Shown in pieces: positions 12,501-23,751 of a stretch of DNA of 64,000 nt. The stretch lies in the NCBI RefSeq assembly GCF_018977255.1, contig NW_024704742.1, positions 137,640,001-137,704,000 of the forward strand, read 5' to 3'. The notes below the pieces were generated by a model. It did not search any database. It had not been told where the DNA came from and saw only the letters and a program-made list of their open reading frames with translations. The DNA is from Callorhinchus milii. Its lineage: Eukaryota. How positions within the stretch are numbered: position 1 is the stretch's first letter; each line of letters begins with the position of its first letter. A program made the position numbers and the translations under genes.

Positions 12501-15500
12501 ATTGGGGATCCGAGGAGGAACAACGCCACAATAGAGATAAACCAACTGAGGGGAGAGGACAATAATAAGCTGTTGTCCTGTCGTGTGGAGCTCCAGGGTG
12601 AGGACGGAAAGTTTGAAACTGGCCCCAAAACACGTCTGATTGTTACAGGTGAGGAACGATGGGAAGTGGGAATGAGATGTGACGTTCCTCACTGGGGCCG
12701 GAGTCAGTGGGAAGTGTCCCGTCCCAGGACGGGCAATAGAGAGCCAGTGGTCCCTGTGATGGACGGTGTGTAGCAGGGAGCTGACAGGTGACAGTGAGTG
12801 AGCGGCTGCAGGGAGGGAGGGCTGTGCTGTATACTGACCTGTCACTGAGCACCTGGAGGCTGAGGCGGCCTCACTGTTGGGTTGTCTATTTGCCGAGGCC
12901 CCTCACATGAGGACCAGCAGCTGGTGATCAGTAAGCCTGGGACGCGGCAATGGATCTCGAGAACATCAAGGTGGCTGGCAGGTCACAAACTGCCCTGTAA
13001 GGTTCTCCCACCACAAAAAAGCCGGTGTAAAGCAGGGACTGGCTCCACAGTGACATACCAGGCCACAGGACGTCGGGCAGGAGTCAACCCTCTGTGGGGT
13101 CTCCAGTCTGGTTCCTGAGCCAGGCGGTCGCAGTACTCCAGGGCACTGCTGATTTGGCATCAGCCTCATTGGCAGACCAGTCACTGGGCGCGACCATTCC
13201 CACTCAGCTCAATAACACCACAGATCTACACAAGCAGCAGGAAGCTTGCCACACAGTGCCGTCAATGGCCAACTGTGCTGTGGAGTCCTGTAGTGTAGTG
13301 GTTAGAGCACTCGCCTCACAAGCGAGAAGGCCTGAGTTCGATTCCCGGCAGTGTCAAACCTTGGGCAAGTTTCCTTACTCGACACGCCTCTGTTTACCTA
13401 TCAGTAAGTAGGAACGTGGTTGTTAGTCGATTAGTGGATCACCTCGGGGGGTAATAATCTCTCCAAAAATAATTTTAAAAAGAATTTGGTTGCTCAATCA
13501 CCGATATTTTGATGCAACACTGCTGGCGCAATTGGCTGCTGCATTTCTCCCACAAAATATGCAGTCAATTCACTTGAGAGCATATCCTGTGAAGCGCTTT
13601 CGGACGACTCAAAGACGTAATAAGGTGCTATATCAAATGCAAGGGTTACTTTATTATTATTGATGGACTTTGCCTCAACTCCGGTTTGTTACCTGTCTGC
13701 TTTTATGTTGTGTTCTGGTTCACATTACACCATGTGTGTCCTCACAGGGCTCAGTGGGAATGGCTGGACGATGGAGACCCCCGATACAGTGACCGGCAGG
13801 TTAGGGTCACCGGTCACCGTGTACTGCAAATTCACTCACCCTCACCCCAGATACACAGGGAACATCACCATCATATGGAATGCAGGAAGGACTGGTCCTG
13901 TGTATATTAAATATACAAATTATGGGCCGGATTCACAGGGAAAGTATCAAAATGTCATTGATGTAAATGAGGGAGAGCGATATCGAGTGATTGGGGATCC
14001 GAGGAGGAACAACGCCACAATAGAGATAAACCAACTGAGGGGAGAGGACAATAATAAGCTGTTGTCCTGTCGTGTGGAGCTCCAGGGTGAGGACGGAAAG
14101 TTTGAAACTGGCCCCAAAACACGTCTGATTGTTACAGGTGAGGAACGATGGGAAGTGGGAATGAGATGTGACGTTCCTCACTGGGGCCGGAGTCAGTGGG
14201 AAGTGTCCCGTCCCAGGACGGGCAATAGAGAGCCAGTGGTCCCTGTGATGGACGGTGTGTAGCAGGGAGCTGACAGGTGACAGTGAGTGAGCGGCTGCAG
14301 GGAGGGAGGGCTGTGCTGTACACTGACCTGTCACTGAGCACCTGGAGGCTGAGGCGGCCTCACTGTGGGGTTGTCTATTTGCCGAGGCCCCTCACATGAG
14401 GACCTGGATTCAGCAGCTGGTGATCAGTAAGCCTGGGACGCGGCAATGGATCTCGAGAACATCAAGGTGGCTGGCAGGTCACAAACTGCCCTGTAAGGTT
14501 CTCCCACCACAAAAAAGCCGGTGTAAAGCAGGGACTGGCTCCACAGTGACATACCAGGCCACAGGACGTCGGGCAGGAGTCAACCCTCTGTGGGGGTCTC
14601 TAGTCTGGTTCCTGAGCCAGGCGGTCGCAGTACTCCAGGGCACTGCTGATTTGGCATCAGCCTCATTGGCAGACCAGTCACTGGGCGCGACCATTCCCAC
14701 TCAGCTCAATAACACCACAGATCTACACAAGCAGCAGGAAGCTCGCCACACAGTGCCGTCACTGGCCAACTGTGCTGTGGAGTCCTGTAGTGTAGTGGTT
14801 AGAGCACTCGCCTCACAAGCGAGAGGGCTTGGGTTTGATTCCCGGCAGTGTCAAACCTTGGGCAAGTTTCCTTACTCGACACGCCTCTGTTTACCTATCA
14901 GTAAGTAGGAACGTGGTTGTTAGTCGATTTGTGGATCACCTCGGGGGGTAATAATCTCTCCAAAAATAATTTTAAAAAGAATTTGGTTGCTCAATCACCG
15001 ACATTTTGTTGCAACACTGCTGGCGCAATTGGCTGCTGCATTTTTCCCACAGTCAATTAACTTTGCAGTATATTCTGTAAAGCGTTTTGAGATGTCTCAA
15101 TAGCGTGATATCAAATGCAAGTTTTATTATTATTATTATTATTATGCTGTTTCCGCTGGTTGAACTCCAGCCTCACACACACCCACACAAGCCTTGCACT
15201 TGCCAACATGTGCATAATACTCTCTGAATTGGATACTCAGAGTGGATATATATGTAGAACTCTCTCTCTGGTTTAGATACTCTCAACAATGGTGACAGAT
15301 TTCTGTATGTATCAGGCAATTGGCTGCCCCAACACATGAGGAGGGGTTGTCTCCATGGATCTACACCATCTGAAATGGTTGTTCAACAACAACAATAACG
15401 TCCATTTATATAATGCCCCTCGTGCAGGGCAGCATCCCAGAGCCTTCATAACCATTCAGGGTAGTTCATCTCAGTAAACTGGCTGCAAAACAGTCACTAC

Positions 15501-18500
15501 ACTTGCCTGTAATCATGTTATTGGTCCTATAAACATCCCAGGTTTTGTGTGTGAGACATTGTGCTGCCCACAGGCTCATAGAGGGTGAGTGAGGAGCACA
15601 GGCCTGAGGGAGATGGTGCCATGAAGAGCAGGTAACATATCCAGGATTTCACAGTGTGTAACATGTACTCTGTCACACTGACTGCTCTGCACTATTCCAA
15701 TCCTGTTCCTGTCTCAGGTCATGAAGAGAAGCTCCGGTCAGTGACTGGTACCAAGGGAGGTGATGCCACACTGCCCTGCTCCTTCAACAGGCCCAGCACA
15801 TACCAGAATCGTGCCACAGTCACAGTGCTTTGGAGGAGAGGGAGGCCACATGGGCAGCTGGTGTTTAATTACACTCTTGGCCTCACCGCCCACACCAACT
15901 CCAGGGAGTCAGAGACAGTGAATGAAGGAAATCGCTACAAGCTGGTCAGGAATGTGGGAGATGGAGACGCTTCCCTGAAGATCAGGGGCCTGGAGTTAAA
16001 CGACACCGGACGGTATTTCTGTCACGTACACGTCATGTTTATAATGGAAGGATCCCATCAGGACCAGGTGACACAGGACATGTCACGGCTGCAGGTTGTT
16101 GGTAAGAGATCTCTTGTCTCTGTGGGACACGGAAAGGGGTGAATGAACCGGTCATCACTGACGCAATGTTACAGACGAGGTTTGTCTCATTCCTTACCCT
16201 GTTCCTCATGTGTTAATTAGCACAAGAAACATGGTATCAAAAGGAGGAGACTTTAGTTTGTTACTGGGGGCAGGGTTTCCTTCCCACTTGTCCTGTTAAC
16301 CCTACAAGCTAAAGCCTTGGGCTGGACAACCAGCGGGAAGCTTGGCAATGACAAATAATGTATTTTTGACTGGATCCAGGATTGGTCTGGATGAAGAAGG
16401 TCCATCTGATCTTAACCTTACAGAACCCCCCGCTCCCACCCCCACCACCCCAATCACTTTTTAAATGAGTCCCAGTGTCCTGGCGTCAGCCACCATTCCT
16501 TTCCTCTCAGATACATCAAGAGGTCACAGGGTCAGGGTTGTGATGGGCAAAATAAGAACAGATACCAGGAAGTATTTCTTTGCCCGGAGGGTAATTAATG
16601 GCTGGAAGTGGTTACCAGGAAGGGTGGTTGAGGCCGGACACTGGGACTCATTGCAGAAAGAGTTCGATTTAGTAACATCGACAGTGTAGTTAAGGGTCGG
16701 AAGGTTGAGATCAAATGGACTTTCTTCACACAAACCTCTTTTGTGATCGTATGACTGGGAGCAGGGTTTCTGCACACTTGGCTCCTGTTAACCCTGCAAG
16801 CTAAAGCCAAATATACAACATACTGATGTTTTACACATTTGATATTAAATGTTTCTCATTAACAAATATCTAAAGAAATTTCACAAGATACAACAACAAA
16901 TTACATTTATATAGCGTCTTTCTCGTCAGTTGAACATCTCAGAGCGCTGGCGACCCGAATAGACCCGAATATTAAACAAATGAATTTTGAAAGTGTTTGA
17001 AATGGAACATTATGAACAACCTGAAGATATACAAGAAAAGAGAAGGAATTAGAATAGAGAGCACCAGTGGGGGAGTGAGCACCAGCACAGACACGATGGG
17101 GAGAGAGCAGGGAATGGGGTTAGAGTAGAGAGCTCCAGTGGGGAGTGAGCACCAGCACAGACACGATGAGGACAGTTGTTTGGTTTGAATAACTCTGTGT
17201 TTCTTTATACCTGAAGCTCCGGCCGTCATCCTGAGTCTGTCCCTCGTGGCCGGTGATGGAGTCGGAGTTGACATCGTGTGCACGGCTGAGGGGGAACCAC
17301 CGGCCAACATCACATGGATCGACCCTGAGAATAACACGCTGCCCATTAACACCAGCCACACGCCAGTCACACACTTAGTGGACAAACATCAAACCGTGGG
17401 GGAGATCCGGGGCCCGAGACTGAGGGGAAGTTACCGCTGTGTAGCTGAGAACACACAGGGCAGAGACGCCCGAGACATCCTCGCACCTGGACCACAGAGT
17501 GATGGGGACAGACAGAGCGATGGCAGCTTCATCACTGTGATGCTGAGCCTGATGCCAGCAGCTAAATGTCTCTTTCTGTTGGTGATCGGGATCGTTCTTG
17601 TCTGTAATACACAAGGTTTGTCAATCCTTTGCTGTTTGTATCTTAAATACAAAACCACTGAAGCTCAACTGGTTATGATATATAACACAATGCCGTACAG
17701 TCACTATTTTACAGTAAAATTCCCTGAAGCACTTTGAGATATCTTTATTATGTCTAAACAAGCACAGAAATCACGACACTTCACAGTAACATCCTGTGAA
17801 GAGTATTCAGATGTTTAACCATGTGATGAGACGCTGCATCAAATGGAAGTATTATTATAACTGAAGTGCTTTGTCAGATGTAGTGATCGCATTTCTGTCA
17901 GCAAACGCTGCAGCCAGTTAGTGCGCAGCAAAGTCCCACACCCAGCAGTGATGTGGACGACCAGTTGATCTGGAGGATTGCTGGCCAGGACACTCGGAGA
18001 AACTCCTTTCTTTTTTCTTATTGTGTCGTGTGATCATGAGCCTGGAGAGCACGACAACTGAGCCAAGCTAACTTTCTGTCTCTCACATTAATCTGACTAT
18101 TAATATATCAATTGCCCCTCCATCTCTGAGGCCTGAAATTCCAGCCGGACAGACCATTCGGGCTTTAACTTTGTCACAAGTCTTAATAACTTCCCAATTA
18201 CTCCTCTATCACCTCGTACCCCACTGCTCTGCCCATCCCCCTTTGCTCAGCTAACACAGGGCTGCTGTGCGTCGCCTGACCCCTCCACACCAGCATCAGT
18301 GGCCGTGCCTCCTGTCACTATGGCCCTAATCTCTGTAACTCCCTGCCTCAGTTCCTGTTTTTTTACAACTCATTATATTGAAATCCCACCTTGATACCTA
18401 CCTGAACATGGGGTAGGTCTAGTCTCCTCAAAGTCCACTTCTCTGCCTGCCCACTTTGCTCAGGTAACACAGTCCAGTGTAGGTGGGATGCTCGGAACTC

Positions 18501-18848
18501 TTAAACATGGTGTTGGGTTTCAATATTGTCTTTGACTGTGCCTATGGTTACCTCGCCCTTCAACCTTGCCACTATACAGAGCTCTGGGACGCTTTCCTGT
18601 GTGAATACAAGTTGTTGTTGTTGTTGGATTTACCCCATTTCTGTACCACCCTGGGTTTGTGGGCAAAACATCTCAAAGGCTGAGACGAGGTGGAATTTTG
18701 CGATTCTGTTGAGCCTTTGAGAACATGGGAACCCGTGACTCCCAATAACAGTGTTTGTTTGGCTGAAACATGATCTCATTCTTTTTCTTCACTGATAGAT
18801 TCAAGGCGTCTCCATCCTGAGGCCAAGAAAAGAAGGAGCTCTATATAG
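9548..18848 (+). CDS. SIGLEC15-like: Gene A: Siglec-15-like activating-type receptor (leader, V1a, V1b, V1c, V2, C2+TM with Lys, short tail); 684 aa if all exons used, 424 aa with one V1
   Basis: All introns GT-AG, all junctions phase 1, open frame; motifs [29 protein letters not shown] and TM Lys match Siglec-15 as recalled. Confidence 0.8.
10304..10680 (+). mobile_element. tRNA-derived SINE upstream of V1a
   Basis: A/B boxes, (tta)n tail; orthologous copies at about 24460-24812 (B) and 62340-62665 (C). Confidence 0.7.
10767..11156 (+). CDS. Gene A V1a exon, Siglec-type V-set with essential Arg (codon 11090-11092)
   Basis: tcctcacAG acceptor, g|GTGAGG donor, 390 bp phase 1-1, Cys/Trp/Cys framework. 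Confidence 0.9.
11793..12172 (+). mobile_element. Chimeric tRNA-Val-derived SINE at duplication junction 1
   Basis: 5' part matches the 14779-15145 SINE, 3' part matches the 10304-10680 SINE. Confidence 0.75.
12259..12648 (+). CDS. Gene A V1b exon (duplicate V-set)
   Basis: Intact splice sites and frame; 7 aa differ from V1a. Confidence 0.85.
13282..13661 (+). mobile_element. Chimeric SINE at duplication junction 2
   Basis: Same chimeric structure as 11793-12172. Confidence 0.75.
13748..14137 (+). CDS. Gene A V1c exon (duplicate V-set, same protein as V1b)
   Basis: Intact splice sites and frame. Confidence 0.85.
14779..15145 (+). mobile_element. tRNA-Val-derived SINE downstream of V1
   Basis: gtagtgtagtggttagagcactcgcctcacaagcg head; orthologs about 27336-27750 (B) and 60390-60727 (C). 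Confidence 0.75.
15718..16101 (+). CDS. Gene A V2 exon, second V-set (RYFCHVH, no Arg after Cys)
   Basis: cctgtctcAG acceptor, g|GTAAGA donor, 384 bp; LPC, VLW, DTGRYFC. Confidence 0.9.
17049..17168. repeat. 71-bp intronic minisatellite, about 2 units
   Basis: gagctccagtgggggagtgagcaccagcacagacacgatg; about 3 units at 29672-29866, about 1.5 at 58145-58256. Confidence 0.8.
17217..17615 (+). CDS. Gene A C2-set, stalk and TM exon; [27 protein letters not shown] with Lys at 17564-17566
   Basis: cctgaAG acceptor shared with B and C; [12 protein letters not shown]; donor g|GTTTGT (weaker) keeps phase 1. Confidence 0.82.
18799..18848 (+). CDS. Gene A terminal exon (D)[15 protein letters not shown]
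   Basis: Pyrimidine-rich acceptor, phase-1 compatible, paralog at 113-162, AATAAA at 19313. Confidence 0.72.
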
Positions 18849-19312
18849 TTCCCGCTCTCTCACCTGTGCCTGTCTCCAGTGGCCATGAAAGTGTTTCGTA
18901 CAAGATCACAAGAGCTTCAAATGAGGCAGAACTTCTGATGATCGAGACCTTTTTGCCTATAAGTTCTCATCCTTGCAGTAAGCGCCAGCCTGCAGTCCTC
19001 CCATTATAGCATTGAGCTGCTTCGACAACGCTTACAGTCACCTCCTCTATCCCCCCGGCTTGGCATCAGGCTACGCCACTGTGAAGCATTCCGAGACGCT
19101 GCCCCATGTGAAGGGCGCTGCATAAATGTGTGAAGCCGGGAGAGGAAAAGAAGCCGGTCAACTTTGCAGAGACAACAACCTTCACTGCTTGGAGGAACGT
19201 TCAACCTTGAAGAACATCGTTGATTCCAAGACATTGAATGGAAATCTCTCATCAACTCTTTTTGCTACTAAACCTGTGCTCCTTTGTAAATATTCTGTTT
19301 TTAAAATGATTG

Positions 19313-19318
19313 AATAAA
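19313..19318 (+). promoter_or_regulatory. Polyadenylation signal of gene A
   Basis: AATAAA plus downstream GT-rich tract, conserved with 833-838. Confidence 0.5.
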
Positions 19319-19869
19319 ATACTTGTGGAAGTATCACTCAGTCGTGTGGGTTAGTGCGTCTGCAGGCGGGTGAATCTGTGAGACATTAATTGAGTCCTGT
19401 AGCTTAGTGGTTTGAGCTCCTGTCTCATAAGCAAGAGGACCTGGGTTTGATTCCCAAACAGGGTGAAATGTTTGGCAATTTTCCTTCCTCCACGTTTACG
19501 TATCAGACAGTAGGAACTAAACAGGTTAGTCGATCGCTTTTAGTGTAACACTCCCTTCAAAAAAATTGTTTTTAAAGTAATTTGGTCACTTTGTTTGTGG
19601 GACGCTGCTCTGTGCAATTGGCTGCTGCATTTCTCCTTAAAAATACTCAGTCAATGCATTTGACAGTATACCTGTGAAGCTCTATGAGACGTCTCAAAGT
19701 TGTGACAACGCATTGTATCAATTGCAAGATTTATTACAAAGAAAATGACAATACAACTTTAGATTTGTATAGCGCCGTTCACATTGGGAGGATATCCCAA
19801 GAGGTTGGACAGTCAGGCATTTAGACCCGTGCAGGAGAGTTGTTGGGATCAGGGATGGTGGAGGGCCGG

Positions 19870-20620
19870 GAGGGTAGGAGGGTTGCCGAAGGCCAGGTTG
19901 AAGCGGAGGGTCTTGATACGTGTCTTAAAGGAGGCAAGAGAGGGAGCGCAGTGAAGGCACTGTGGGATGGAATTCCAAAGGGCAGGGGCAAAGCGCCTGA
20001 ATGTCCGTTGCCGATGGTGGGCTGGGGTGGCAGACATGGAGCAGGCCGAAGCCTGCTGTGCTGAGGGATTGGGCAAGTTGATATGGGGTTAGTAGTCACA
20101 GACGTAGGAAGGAGTGAGGCCGTGGAGGGCCCTGAAGGCAAGGACGAGGATTTTGAACTCTATCTTCTGGGGCATGTAGAGCCAGTGAAGCCGGGTGAGC
20201 ATTGGGGTGATAGGATCACAGCGCCAGGTACAGGAAGGGACACGAACTACGGAATTCTGGATGATCAGCAGTTTGTGGAGTGAAAAGTTGGGGAGGCCAT
20301 CAAGCAGGGAGTTGGCATAGTAAAGCCTAGATGAAATAAATGGATGATGAAGATTTCGGCGACCTGAAGGGATGAGACAGTGGCGGAGTGGGGATGTTGA
20401 GGAGATGCGGAGAGCAGAGTGTGTCATGTCTCGGATGTGGGGCAGAGAGTACAGATGAGGGTCAAACAAAATGCCAAGGTTCCAGACTGTCTCAGTGAGG
20501 TGGAGTGTATATTCTTGGATGAAGATGCTGTCAGTGCCTGAGGTGTGGAGTCGCTGACGGGAGCCAATCAGGTGGGCCTCAGTCTCGTTGACGTTCAACT
20601 GTAGTTAGCTCTCATCCAAG
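19870..20620 (-). mobile_element. L2 LINE fragment
   Basis: SRLYYANSLL..IQNS..HWLYMPQKIEFKIL. Confidence 0.75.
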
Positions 20621-20664
20621 ACTTGATGTTGAGGGGATGGAGGGACTGGACAACGAGGAGCGAT

Positions 20665-21065
20665 TAGATAAACTGGGCATGTTCACACGGGAGGAGAGAA
20701 GGTTGAGGGCGATATGATTACTGTTCTTTAAGATTCTGAAGGAAATAGATAATGTAGATCATGACAAGCTGTTTTATTTTGTACTGCACAATGGAAACAG
20801 TGGACTAAGACTGAAGGGGGTAAATTCAGAACAATTCTGTGGAAACACTATTTAAGTGACAGAATAGTAAACTAATGAAAAGCCTCCCTAGGGACACAGT
20901 GGAAACAGAAAATGTCATTAAAAAAAAAGATGCATTTCTGCTAGAAAATAATATCTCAGGATACAGTGTGTAGTTTGGGACATGATATGCCAAGGCACTG
21001 CCAGGATGGTGGAAGGCGAAGACCCCTTGGTCTTCTTTCGCCTAACAAATCTTTATGTTCTTATG
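20665..21065 (+). mobile_element. CR1-type LINE 3' end
   Basis: Degenerate L.KLG.FT.E.RRLR.DMI motif; same tail family at about 9190-9300, 23340-23460, 32450-33240. Confidence 0.6.
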
Positions 21066-21144
21066 ATGTTTGACAGACATTCTGTCAGGATAGCATTGGT
21101 CCTGGATTCAAAGGTAGAGGCAAGGGTGGAGGCAGCGAGAAAGA

Positions 21145-22070
21145 CCATAAGACCATAAGATGTAGAAGTAGGAGTAAGCCATTCAGCCCCTTGAGCCTGC
21201 TCCGCCATTTAATAAGATCATGGCTGATCTTCTAACTTAATTCCATTTACCCGCCCTATCCCCATATCCCTTAATTCCTCTATCCTCTAGATATCTATCA
21301 ACCTCAGTCTTGAATATGTTCAAGGTCTGAGCATCCACAGCATTCACAGTTTACTCAATCTCTCCTCATAGGCCAATCCCCTCATCCCAGGAACCAATCT
21401 AGTGAATCTACGTTGTACAATTCTGTACCCCCTCTAAGGCGAGTATGTCCTTTTTAACACTACCTAGTCTCTCCGCCTCTAGAAAATAATCCGCTTTTCT
21501 ATTTTTACCAACTAGGTAATAACTTCACACTTCCCCATATTATACTCCATCTGCCACATTCTTGCCCATTCACCTCGCCTGTCTATTTTCCTTTGCATTC
21601 TTCATTTGTCATCCTCACAGCTTACTCTCCCAACTAGCTTTGTATCGTCCGCGAATTTAGATAGGTTAAGTTCTATTTCCTCATGTAAATCATTGATATA
21701 GACTGTAAATAACTGAGGCCCAAGCACTGATCCTTGTGGCACCCCACTAGTCACATCCTGCCAATCTGCGAAGGAACTGTTGAACATTACTCTCTGTTTT
21801 CTTCCTGTTAGCCACTCTCCAATCCATGCTAATATATTTCCTTCAATCCCATGGGTTGTAATCTTATGCAAAAGTGTTATATTTGGCATCTTGTCGAATG
21901 CCTTCAGGAAATCCGAATACACCACATCTGCTGGTTTCCCCTCTATGTAATCTGCCAGTTACATCCTCAAAAAACTCTAAAAGATTTGTTAAACATGATT
22001 TCCCTTTCGCAAAGCCATGTTGACTCTGCCTAATCATGTTACGATTTTCTAAGTACCAACAACGCCGTCC
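21145..22070 (-). mobile_element. CR1 LINE fragment (RT and 3' tail)
   Basis: [26 protein letters not shown]. Confidence 0.85.
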
Positions 22071-22634
22071 CTAATTAAGGACCCAATTGCCTGACATTAA
22101 AGATCCCTCAACATTAATGGAAAAGAGAAGCTAGAGCCCCAGTAAAGAGCGAGCACCAGCACAGACAGCAGAGGGGGGAAGGCTTCTGTGCTGTAAACCA
22201 ACAAATCACATGGACAGCAGCTCCACTTCTCTGACCTTAACATAACGCAGGAAGTCAGTTTGGCTCAGTCAGTCACACTCTCGCCTCTGGGTCTAAAGCC
22301 TGGGTTTGTGCCCATGTCGGGATTGTGCTCAGAGTCCAGGCTGATGCTCCAGCACAGGGGGAGCTGTACATCGTCAGAGTTGCCGTCCTTCAGATGAGAC
22401 GTTAAACCAAGGACCTGTTTGCCTGACATTAAAGATCCCTCGACACTGATGGAAAAGAGAAGCGAGTTCCTCCCGGCTTCCTGCGCGACAATCAACCAGA
22501 TTAATGGTTCATTTACCTTCTGGCTGTTTTTGTGATATCGCTGTGTGCAAACTGGCTGCTGTGTTTGTCCATGAACACAGTCACTACCTGTTGAAAACCT
22601 TTGAGACTTCCGAACATTGCAGATTCTGCATCAA

Positions 22635-23177
22635 CAACAACAACAACAACAAGATTCCATTTATAGAGCGCCTTTCACGTCAGGAGGACGTCCCAAGGCG
22701 CTGCACAGTTGGGTCATGACCCGAGCAGGGGGGAAATGGTCAGGGTGAGGGGAGGGAAGGGAGGGAGAGAGGAGGGGGGAAATGGTCAGGGTGAGGGGAG
22801 GGAAGGGAGGGAGTGAGGAGGAGGAAGAGAGTCGAGAGGGGAGCTGAAGGCACGGTCAAAGAGAAAGGTTTTGAGACCGGCCTTGAAGGAGGAAAGGGAG
22901 GAAGCAAGGCGAAGGCACTGGGGGATGGAGTTCCAGAGCCTGGGGGCTGAGAGGCTGAAGGCCCGACCACCGATAGTAGGGCGGTTGGGGCGGGGGATGT
23001 GGAGCAGACCAGAGCCAGAGGAACGGAGGGTACGGGCAGGTAGGTAGGGGGATAGTAGGTTGGAGAGGTAGGAGGGAGCAAGGCCGTGAATGGCCTTGTA
23101 GGTGAGGATGAGGATCTTGAAATCAATCCTCTGGGGGATGGGGAGCCAGTGGAGGCGAGCGAGGGTGGGAGTGATGT
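22635..23177 (-). mobile_element. Young 5'-truncated L2 insertion upstream of gene B
   Basis: (caa)n tail; ATCAA duplicated at flanks; near-identical to 25981-26520. Confidence 0.85.
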
Positions 23178-23699
23178 ACTTTCCAATCAAATGCAGAAAT
23201 GAAAATGTTATCAAAACATTTGTTCAATACTTCAGTGAGAGAGTAGGAAACTTATGGAAAGTTCCCTCAGGAGACGGTGGAAGCAAAGAGTGTTGTTTGT
23301 TTGAAGAATAAATTAGAATTTTTTGCTAATAAAAGAATATCTCAGGATACACTGTATAGTCTGGGACACGACATATCAAGCGACTGCCAGGATGGTGGAA
23401 GGCAAACGAGATGGACCTTTGTCTTCCTTCGCCAGCAAATTCTTATGTTCCCATGTAAACGTTGTTGATATAAAACAAGTGTAAAAGAGAATCAAAAGTC
23501 ACCCAGTTACTGTGACAGGAGGTGAGGGCAGGTTAGTGTTGGGGAGAAACATTACAGAGCTTCAGAAGAAAGCGGATGTGTGGGGTGGAGCTCTGGTGTT
23601 GACCACAGAACGAGAGGAGGAAGGAAAGAGAAGGGTGACCAGCTGTGCCAGTGCGAGGCAGACGTGTGCGGGGAAGGAGTGTGTCCTGAGTGAGGGACG

Positions 23700-23751
23700 A
23701 TGATGCTGGGAGCTGTGCTCTGTACCCTGGTCCTGTCAGCCTCTGCCTTCC
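23700..23751 (+). CDS. Gene B signal-peptide exon
   Basis: Same peptide as A; c|GTACGT donor. Confidence 0.85.

Noticed and set aside
12171-14908. V1b/V1c units as an assembly artefact
   Set aside because: Units carry private differences (7-bp deletion near 12915, SNPs, indels) and chimeric SINE junctions; kept as real pending read support
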